Origin: a virus
Length of the DNA: 64,000 nucleotides
Direction: 5' to 3' (one strand)
Virus record (IMG/VR): IMGVR_UViG_3300032073_000007
Location: 1-64,000 of that record
Position numbers and translations under genes: made by a program. The notes below the pieces were generated by a model that was not told the origin of the DNA, searched no databases, and was given only the letters and a program-made list of their open reading frames with translations. Below are positions 1 through 6,832 of this stretch, piece by piece. How positions within the stretch are numbered: the first letter of the stretch is position 1; every line of letters begins with the position of its first letter.

Positions 1-99
1 TGAGCCGATACCCACGCTCGTTGAGCCGATACCCACGCTCGTTGAGCCGATACCCACGCTCGTTGAGCCGATACCCACGCTCGTTGAGCCGATACCCAC
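1..99. repeat. Perfect 21-bp tandem repeat (TGAGCCGATACCCACGCTCGT, about 4.7 copies, truncated by the window edge)
   Basis: Units at 1-21, 22-42, 43-63, 64-84 and a partial unit at 85-99; no spacers. Confidence 0.97.
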
Positions 100-180
100 T
101 CTTGGAGAAACAACTTCGTTAACCGCTCTGTTGTAAGTTCTTAAGAAGTTAATTATCTTTTTGATGAAACCGTAAAACAT
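1..180 (-). CDS. Partial ORF absent from the track: MFYGFIKKIINFLRTYNRAVNEVVSPR(VGIGSTS)n
   Basis: ATG at 180-178 with AGGAG upstream; frame open to the window edge; the 21-bp repeat encodes VGIGSTS in frame. Confidence 0.7.
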   Translation of the reverse strand, partial: MFYGFIKKIINFLRTYNRAVNEVVSPRVGIGSTSVGIGSTSVGIGSTSVGIGSTSVGIGS

Positions 181-225
181 TATCTTATAATTTCTCCTAC
201 GAATTTCTATATAACCATCTATCTG

Positions 226-846
226 TTATGCTAATCTTATGCGACTTCTTATCTTGGAAACATGCCTTCGTTTCTCTAGAACAGAACCTCCTTCTCTGCT
301 ACCCGCCCCATTGGTATTACCTTCAATCGTAGTGACATAGCCACTTGAGTCTACGTCTTTTACAGCAAGACCAATGTGAGAAAATGTGAAAACAACTATA
401 TCACCAGCTTTAATATCTTCGTTTGTAGGCTTGCGGAGTTCGACCCCCTTACCAGATTGTTGTTTTGCCCAATTCTCAAAGTCCCAAGCTCCAGCAGTTC
501 TAGGTCTCTTGAATGATATTTTTTCATCTTCAATAGCTTCTCTAACTAACCAACAAATAAATGCAGCACACCAAGGCCAACCTTTATCTGGATCAAGCCA
601 TGTAGCAGCTTTGTATTCATCGACTCTAGGCCCACAATTACTGCCATCCACTTCAGATACTCCTATTTCCTCTCTAGCTAATAAGACCATTTTTTGTGGT
701 ATACTTGCATTTATAGCAGGAGTTTCCTTAGTGGATATTTGAGCTAAGATAGCATTCCAAGTCACTGGGCCATCTATTCCATCAGAGGAAATTCCAAGAA
801 GTTTTTGCACTGCTTTTACGACTTCTTTTTTGCCTTTAAATTGCAT
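226..846 (-). CDS. Endolysin: peptidoglycan-binding domain plus CHAP amidase/peptidase
   Basis: VKAVQKLLG..DGIDGPVTW (PG-binding motif); WPWCAAF, SHIG and TIEGNT (CHAP motifs). Start moved to MQFKG (846) to avoid overlapping the holin. Confidence 0.88.
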   Translation of the reverse strand: MQFKGKKEVVKAVQKLLGISSDGIDGPVTWNAILAQISTKETPAINASIPQKMVLLAREEIGVSEVDGSNCGPRVDEYKAATWLDPDKGWPWCAAFICWLVREAIEDEKISFKRPRTAGAWDFENWAKQQSGKGVELRKPTNEDIKAGDIVVFTFSHIGLAVKDVDSSGYVTTIEGNTNGAGSREGGSVLEKRRHVSKIRSRIRLA

Positions 847-850
847 AGTT

Positions 851-1168
851 TTATTTTCTGAGAAACTTATCGGCGTTTCTTGCGAATTTTTCTCCGATCC
901 GAACAATGCCCGTAATAACTTCTGGACTAATGACTCCAATGATACCATAAGTAATAGCTTTAGTTAGAGATGAAACGTCTGTTTGTTCTAGAACAAACCA
1001 AGCGATAGTTGCAGCTATACCCGCTGTTACAATCTTTTTGAATTGTTCCATACAAGATAAATCTTTGTTAGCGTGTAATAATCTAGCGAACATAGCCGCA
1101 GCCCCGATCAAGGAAACCAGCCAACCACCATTCAAGAATTCTTTGATTATCGATTTTTCGGGTTCCAT
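851..1168 (-). CDS. Holin
   Basis: 105 aa with 2-3 hydrophobic segments and a basic C-terminus, directly upstream of the endolysin. Confidence 0.75.
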   Translation of the reverse strand: MEPEKSIIKEFLNGGWLVSLIGAAAMFARLLHANKDLSCMEQFKKIVTAGIAATIAWFVLEQTDVSSLTKAITYGIIGVISPEVITGIVRIGEKFARNADKFLRK

Positions 1169-1179
1169 ATATTCTTATG

Positions 1180-1185
1180 TTACAC
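1180..1185 (-). promoter_or_regulatory. GTGTAA putative late-promoter motif (holin)
   Basis: 11 nt before the ATG, fused to the terminator U-tract; recurrent motif. Confidence 0.6.
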
Positions 1186-1214
1186 AAAAAAAGCCTCCCG
1201 TGAAGGAGGCTTTT
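1186..1214 (-). terminator. Rho-independent terminator after the OMP gene
   Basis: AAAAGCCTCC-ttcacg-GGAGGCTTTTTTT. Confidence 0.85.
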
Positions 1215-1240
1215 AAAATTTATATATAAATTAATTAAAA

Positions 1241-1921
1241 TTAGAACTTATAGCTAAGTCCAGCACTAACGCCCCAATCGTGATCAAGATCGTAAAGAGT
1301 GCCTTCTGCATCATTGTTAAGATAAGAGGCTTTAGCTCCAATAGAGAGGCCATTGCCGAAATCATACCCAAGAGAAACTCCAAGCTCTACAGCATTATAG
1401 TCGTTTGCGAAATTTGCAGAAGCAAAAGGAGTAACAGTGAGATTATCAATAAAAAGACCTAAGTCTTTAGAGATAATAACCTCTGCTCCATAAGAAGCAC
1501 TAGAACCAAGTTGATGCCAAGCGTTTACAGTTAGGTCTGCAATAGAGTCAGTATAAGTTAACCCTAGACCAAGCTGCTCCCAGCCTCCGTAAGAAGACTC
1601 AATCTTCCTAAAAGAAGCTACGCCTTCAAAATCTTGACCTAGAAGATTTACTGACCGACCCCAAGATACTAAAATATCAGTGTCTGTATTTCCGTCTCCT
1701 TCAAAGAGACCAATACCAACAGATAGATCTCCATCTGCAACAGAGGTTCCTAAAAGTAGGGAATAGTTTGTAGTATCCTCCCTGACGGTTAAACCATTAC
1801 GGGTGGACAAATTACTAAAAGAGATGCCACCTTCAGCAGATACATCTGAAAGGCCAGTAGCTTTAACTGCGCTAAACATTGTAGCGCACATGACAAGTGT
1901 TGTTAGAATTGTTTTGTTCAT
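1241..1921 (-). CDS. Outer-membrane beta-barrel (porin-like) protein
   Basis: Signal peptide MNKTILTTLVMCATMFSAVKA; alternating amphipathic strands; C-terminal BAM signal GLSYKF. Confidence 0.8.
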   Translation of the reverse strand: MNKTILTTLVMCATMFSAVKATGLSDVSAEGGISFSNLSTRNGLTVREDTTNYSLLLGTSVADGDLSVGIGLFEGDGNTDTDILVSWGRSVNLLGQDFEGVASFRKIESSYGGWEQLGLGLTYTDSIADLTVNAWHQLGSSASYGAEVIISKDLGLFIDNLTVTPFASANFANDYNAVELGVSLGYDFGNGLSIGAKASYLNNDAEGTLYDLDHDWGVSAGLSYKF

Positions 1922-1927
1922 GAGTTG

Positions 1928-1956
1928 AACATATATTACAGAATTGTAGCAGTCAA
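1928..1956 (-). promoter_or_regulatory. sigma70-type promoter of the OMP gene
   Basis: TTGACT-N17-TATGTT, 6 nt before the ATG. Confidence 0.5.
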
Positions 1957-1962
1957 GGGAAA

Positions 1963-2184
1963 TTATTCTTCGTCAGTCTCTGGATCTTCAAGAGGCTTGA
2001 CCTCTTGAGCAAACTCAGGATTTGAATCGACTTGCTGTTCTGGGGTTACAGCAGACCTTATTTTATTTACCAAAACGACTGCTGCTTCTGCAACACCCAT
2101 ACCTTGAGACTTAACAGCAATATCAATTAACTGAGCCAAAGCTTGGAGTTCTTCTTCTGTGAATTCAAGTTCAATATTTTTCAT
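1963..2184 (-). CDS. Small acidic hypothetical protein
   Basis: 73-aa ORF with TTGATT-N16-TATAAT upstream. Confidence 0.7.
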   Translation of the reverse strand: MKNIELEFTEEELQALAQLIDIAVKSQGMGVAEAAVVLVNKIRSAVTPEQQVDSNPEFAQEVKPLEDPETDEE

Positions 2185-2225
2185 ATATACGATATTATAT
2201 TTTTAGAATTAAAAAAATCAACTAA

Positions 2226-2495
2226 TTATTTACCACTAGGAAAATAAAGTTGCCTTTCAAGGCTTCTAAATCTATTGTCAGAGTGCCAGATTTCATCACT
2301 TTGGGGAATATAAGCACCCTTACTTGTGTTCACTGGAACCCCCTTCTTCAAGCTTAGTGTAGAAGGCTGATAAATGTTGAAAGCTTGAGTCTTCACGGAT
2401 GAGTTCGTCGCGCAAGAGGTCGCCCCTATCAGCATCACCACCGTTGGAGCGAATGTCTTCAATTTCTTGAATAATCCTTTTTCTGGTTTTTTCAT
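2226..2495 (-). CDS. Lipoprotein, putative o-spanin (Rz1-like)
   Basis: Basic N-terminus, hydrophobic stretch and lipobox-like GATSC; starts inside the upstream ORF. Confidence 0.55.
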   Translation of the reverse strand: MKKPEKGLFKKLKTFAPTVVMLIGATSCATNSSVKTQAFNIYQPSTLSLKKGVPVNTSKGAYIPQSDEIWHSDNRFRSLERQLYFPSGK

Positions 2496-2589
2496 GGTTG
2501 TTCCTTAATTCTATGTAAAAGAGCTTATTTTTTAAAGATAAATATAGCTCAATTGATTTTAAAACACTTTTAATTAACGAAAGCATCAA
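2320..2589 (-). CDS. Putative i-spanin (Rz-like)
   Basis: Helical, charged 89-aa ORF overlapping the lipoprotein gene by 176 nt; the TM segment is weak. Confidence 0.4.
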   Translation of the reverse strand: MMLSLIKSVLKSIELYLSLKNKLFYIELRNNHEKTRKRIIQEIEDIRSNGGDADRGDLLRDELIREDSSFQHLSAFYTKLEEGGSSEHK

Positions 2590-3412
2590 TATTTTGATCT
2601 ACATATTGTTCTACAGTCTGCCACTCATAATCACCTATAATCTCTAACAATTTTGAATTATCGGCTTTTGTAAATTTTTGATACTGGCCTTTTAACTCTT
2701 GAGGCATAGGTATTTCCTTAATAATGCAATTAGAGTGTGTTTTAATAATATCTGCGACATCTTTAAATGATGTAGTTCGACCTGTCCCAACATTAAAAAT
2801 ACCAGAGGCATCACTTTCTAGCATTCTGTAATGTATTTCACAAACATCATCAATGGAAACAAAATCCCTTTTATATTTGCCGCTTTTATCAAAGACTTTT
2901 ATCTCTGCATTTTGTTGCGCTTGTTTAATAAATTTAGAAACAGGACTAGCTTGGTCTCCTTTTTTTTCTTCCCCTAAACCATAAACATTAAAATACCGAA
3001 ATCCTTGATATGGATAATCTTGATTCATTAACCAACAATCAAACATGTATTTACTAAAAGCATATGGACTCACTGGTTTGCAAAAGTCGCTTTCTTTAAA
3101 GCTTCTTGACAAGCCATAAACAGAAGCACTGCTAGCATATTGAAACTTTACATCAATCAGTTTGCACATTTCATAAAGCTTTTTTGAATACTCAAAGTTC
3201 TGCTCTACTATTTTTTTTACATTTGTTTCTGTGGTGCTGGAGTTAGCACCTAGGTGGATAACGTAATCTTGATTAATTAACTCTGGATAACCAGAATCGC
3301 CAAATGATGTATCAAACTTGGTCACATCATAACCTCTATTACTTAAATAGGCGGCTAAATTGCCGCCGATAAAGCCACCTGCCCCAGTTATTAAAACTCT
3401 ATTCGTCTTCAC
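2570..3412 (-). CDS. hldD: ADP-L-glycero-D-manno-heptose 6-epimerase (extended SDR)
   Basis: ITGAGGFIG, HLGANSSTTE, ASSASVYG, YAFSK and GFRYFNVYG.GE.KKG.QAS. Confidence 0.85.
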   Translation of the reverse strand: MKTNRVLITGAGGFIGGNLAAYLSNRGYDVTKFDTSFGDSGYPELINQDYVIHLGANSSTTETNVKKIVEQNFEYSKKLYEMCKLIDVKFQYASSASVYGLSRSFKESDFCKPVSPYAFSKYMFDCWLMNQDYPYQGFRYFNVYGLGEEKKGDQASPVSKFIKQAQQNAEIKVFDKSGKYKRDFVSIDDVCEIHYRMLESDASGIFNVGTGRTTSFKDVADIIKTHSNCIIKEIPMPQELKGQYQKFTKADNSKLLEIIGDYEWQTVEQYVDQNIDAFVN

Positions 3413-3866
3413 TAGTATTTTTTGGATCTTCTCCAGAGACTTTGATATCTTGTGGCTTATTTGGATATTGTCCTTGAAGGATAGTATCTAAAATAAAAGG
3501 TTCATCAAAATCAGATTCTTGAATTTTACGCAACATATTATCAAGCTCTTCATCTCCCGTTTCTTGATCAATTTCTGCTTTGGCAAAAAAATCAAAATTG
3601 TCAGACACTGTAAAGGATTGAATCAACTCTACTACAAGCTCATCGTTTTTAAAAGATTTATTAAGAGAATAAGAGGAATGGCTAAACTTAGCTTCCTCCT
3701 CTTTTCGCTCTCCTTCAAAAATTTCTATATCTCCTTTTCCCTTTTTATATTCTTTTAAAACCCAGATTTTTTTAGTATAATCTGAAGAATCAGGGAATTT
3801 CATATCCGCATCAAAGGAAAGACTTTGATACAATTTATTATCAAGAAACTTTACTGTGTAAGGCAT
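3399..3866 (-). CDS. Hypothetical acidic protein
   Basis: 155-aa ORF with GTGTAA 10 nt upstream (3877-3882). Confidence 0.7.
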   Translation of the reverse strand: MPYTVKFLDNKLYQSLSFDADMKFPDSSDYTKKIWVLKEYKKGKGDIEIFEGERKEEEAKFSHSSYSLNKSFKNDELVVELIQSFTVSDNFDFFAKAEIDQETGDEELDNMLRKIQESDFDEPFILDTILQGQYPNKPQDIKVSGEDPKNTSEDE

Positions 3867-3885
3867 TTAAAGTGTCTTACACTAA

Positions 3886-4110
3886 TTATTCTGAATTTTC
3901 CTCCAAATTTTCTGCTTTTGCAGCCTCAACTTTAGCGGTCAATTCTTCAAAAGCTACAACTTTTTCTTCATCAGACATTTTTTCAACATTTGACTCTACT
4001 TCTTGGACTGCAAGATTATGCATAATGTTGATTGCTTCTGCTAAAGTTACGCGAGAAACCATCTCCGATGTAAGCAGGGATTTTAGATTCTTATTTTCTT
4101 CTTCAGTCAT
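3886..4110 (-). CDS. Small acidic helical hypothetical protein
   Basis: 74-aa ORF in an operon. Confidence 0.7.
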   Translation of the reverse strand: MTEEENKNLKSLLTSEMVSRVTLAEAINIMHNLAVQEVESNVEKMSDEEKVVAFEELTAKVEAAKAENLEENSE

Positions 4111-4113
4111 AAA

Positions 4114-4326
4114 TTAATCTTTCTCCTTGCTTGCATAAATCCTGATATCAGGCTGATTTGAACCCTTTTCCTTAAAGGAATTTGGGAAACAGACAATTTT
4201 TACATCATTACCCTCGGAGTCTTTAATAGACCCACTGTAGTAAGACTGCTTTTGTCCGTCAACTCTCCAAAGCGCTCCTAATTCACGCTTCTTCCATTCA
4301 TCGTTTGTTTTGGTATTTTCACTCAT
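4114..4326 (-). CDS. DUF736-like small protein
   Basis: ELGALW..YYSG..NQPDIRI pattern. Confidence 0.5.
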   Translation of the reverse strand: MSENTKTNDEWKKRELGALWRVDGQKQSYYSGSIKDSEGNDVKIVCFPNSFKEKGSNQPDIRIYASKEKD

Positions 4327-4328
4327 AA

Positions 4329-4493
4329 TTAATTGTTGTTAAATCTTCCTTCGACGCTTTTCCAAAATTCTTCTGCGCCTACGGCAAGGTATCTTCCTTT
4401 CAGACTCTTGTAAAGCTTTTTTTGAATATGATTGGCATTTTTTTTGTCGTAACCAATAAGTTGACGAATTTTTCTCGCAGCAGATCCACTCAT
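4329..4493 (-). CDS. 54-aa basic protein absent from the track (MSGSAARKIRQLIGYD...)
   Basis: ATG overlaps the Clp stop (ATGA); ends 2 nt before the next start codon. Confidence 0.7.
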   Translation of the reverse strand: MSGSAARKIRQLIGYDKKNANHIQKKLYKSLKGRYLAVGAEEFWKSVEGRFNNN

Positions 4494-6832
4494 GCTTTAT
4501 GATCGACCTTTGCGTTATCTTTTTCAATAAAAAGTTTGATATTCTTTTGTCCCTTTAGAATAGAGTCTGAAACAAAAGGAGTAATCTCAGACAATATCTT
4601 ATTGCTCAAAGCTTCTATTTTTACTTGTTCTTTTGAAATGCTTTTGATGATTTGCTGTATGTAATTAAAATCAAACGTTAAATTAATATCGTTGTCTTTT
4701 AATCTACTTTTTAGTCTTTTTAATTTCATCCATAATAATTTTCTAAGACCCTTCTCATTAAGCGTTTTAAGAGGAAAGCATTCGTCCACTAACGATAATA
4801 TGTCTGGATGTATTTTTAAATTACTTTTATCAGAAGCGGCCTTTTGGAACCCCATAGTAGATTGGCTGCTAGAAATATCACTCGTTAAAAATATTTTACA
4901 ATTTGTAAAGTCTGCTATGTCTCCATTATTCATATGAAATTTACCATGCTTAAATATCTGATTAAATAAAGGGATTGCGCTATTATCAACTTTGTGAAAA
5001 TCATCTATTATAATGACGCTATTTGGAGAGATTAAAACCTTCTCACATATTGAGGTATTATTGCCTTGAGATGTAGCTATTTTGTGAGGAGCAAATGCGT
5101 CTGCAAAATGAACGCCACTGTAAGATAAAATATTAACACCATGTTTCTGTAGGGTATTTTTAAACAGATCCATAAAGTAGGATTTGCCACTAAACCTTGG
5201 CCCACTTACCACATAACATTCTGGCGAAGAAAAATTATCTGTCTTTTTAATACCAAGACTCGACAAAGTTATTTTATTTTTTAAGTTTTGTAATAAAAGA
5301 TTTTGTCCAACAAGTGATTTTCCGATACAACTAAAAACTTTTTCTACCGTATCCCTATCATTTAGTGGATTTGACTTCTTTTTAAAGAAATCTTTTAAAT
5401 GACAAAGTTTTACTTCTGGTATTGAATCTGAAACTCCATCACTCCACTTCTCTAAACTGATATTCAACTGTTCCAAAAGGGCTGTATGATCTTTGTCTGG
5501 ATCTAAAGCAGCAGCCATAGTCTCCTCTTGTTGACTCTTGATTGACGGGGTAACATGCCAAAAATTTACTTTGGCTTGCGCCCCACAATGATCAATTATG
5601 TCGATTGCTTTATCTGGGTAGTATTTGTTGGGGATATATTTCTCACAATAACTAATTATATTTTCGAGAAATTCCTCGTTGTATTTAACAGTATGAAAAT
5701 TCTCATAATGAGAAACTATCGTAGGCAAAATCTCTTCCATCTGAAATCTTGATGGTTCTCTAATGATTACTCTCTCAAACCTCCTGTCAAGAGCGGTGTC
5801 TTTTTTAATTGTGTTCGTATATTCATTAATTGTTGTTGCTCCAATACAGCTTATTGTCCCTCTTGCGAGTTCGGGCTTTAAAATATTCGATGCTTCTAGA
5901 GAATTATTTGTTGCCCCTCCAGCACCTATCAACGTATGAACTTCATCAATGAACAAGATTAAGTTACTATATTTCTTTGCTTCATTTACAAAGTCCTCTA
6001 GTCGTTTTTCAAACTGACCTCTATATTCTGTGCCAGCCACCATGCTAGATAAGCTAACAGAATATATGACTTTATTAGCAATTAATTCTGGAGCATCTCC
6101 TGAGACAATTCTATAAGCCAAGCCTTCTACAAGTGAAGTTTTTCCAGTTCCCGCAGGACCAACTAAAAGGGCATTAGGTTTTTTCTTTCTACAAAGAATA
6201 GTCGCTACTTCATCAATCTTACCATCAAAATCAACAATCTTATCAAAGTCTTTGTTTAATGCTTTTAGATTTAGGTTTTCTGCAAACTGAGAAAGAATCT
6301 CATTTTTGTCAAACATGTCGATCCAGTCTTCTGGTGTTTCGACATCCATAAAGCTAGATGCTTCTTCAGGGTCAAAATCTTTTACAGTTAAAGAACACTC
6401 TGTAATAAATCCTAAGAAAATCTCATCAGAATATTCGTCCCCTTTAGGATAAATATTCTTTATCACTTTAGGGCAGTGATTCTCATCAAAGAAAGTCATT
6501 AGTATTACTTCTGGTGGTATGTAATCTAATTTAAAATTTTCTACAGAAATCTCTTCAGCTTCCTTCAGTAGCTTTCTTACATCTGTTTTTAAGACTTTTT
6601 TGGTATTTTTATTTCTGCGCTTTTTATTTAAAACACTTCTAGATTCCTTTATTAAATCTCTTGGATCTACGTTCAGTTTTTTGAATATAGTTGAACATGA
6701 TTGACCTAGATCATTCAAGAAACAGTGAAAAAATAAGTCAATATCTGCACCATTCCTTTCTAGGATGCCAGCGAGTTCTTTAGTTTTGTCTAGAACTCCT
6801 TGTATGTGTGGGGTAAGAGGTAATTTATCCAT
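4490..6832 (-). CDS. ClpA/ClpB/ClpC-family AAA+ ATPase
   Basis: Clp N-domain; D1 motifs GPAGTGKT, LFIDEVH, IGATT and DTALDRRF; degenerate D2 (GPRFSGKS, IIDDF, DFTNC). Confidence 0.92.
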   Translation of the reverse strand: MDKLPLTPHIQGVLDKTKELAGILERNGADIDLFFHCFLNDLGQSCSTIFKKLNVDPRDLIKESRSVLNKKRRNKNTKKVLKTDVRKLLKEAEEISVENFKLDYIPPEVILMTFFDENHCPKVIKNIYPKGDEYSDEIFLGFITECSLTVKDFDPEEASSFMDVETPEDWIDMFDKNEILSQFAENLNLKALNKDFDKIVDFDGKIDEVATILCRKKKPNALLVGPAGTGKTSLVEGLAYRIVSGDAPELIANKVIYSVSLSSMVAGTEYRGQFEKRLEDFVNEAKKYSNLILFIDEVHTLIGAGGATNNSLEASNILKPELARGTISCIGATTINEYTNTIKKDTALDRRFERVIIREPSRFQMEEILPTIVSHYENFHTVKYNEEFLENIISYCEKYIPNKYYPDKAIDIIDHCGAQAKVNFWHVTPSIKSQQEETMAAALDPDKDHTALLEQLNISLEKWSDGVSDSIPEVKLCHLKDFFKKKSNPLNDRDTVEKVFSCIGKSLVGQNLLLQNLKNKITLSSLGIKKTDNFSSPECYVVSGPRFSGKSYFMDLFKNTLQKHGVNILSYSGVHFADAFAPHKIATSQGNNTSICEKVLISPNSVIIIDDFHKVDNSAIPLFNQIFKHGKFHMNNGDIADFTNCKIFLTSDISSSQSTMGFQKAASDKSNLKIHPDILSLVDECFPLKTLNEKGLRKLLWMKLKRLKSRLKDNDINLTFDFNYIQQIIKSISKEQVKIEALSNKILSEITPFVSDSILKGQKNIKLFIEKDNAKVDHKA

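Noticed and set aside
1-99. CRISPR array
   Set aside because: The units are contiguous with no spacers; it is an in-frame coding repeat
4339-4527. Track ORF of 62 aa
   Set aside because: The alternative frame 4329-4493 has a coupled ATG and fits the gap better
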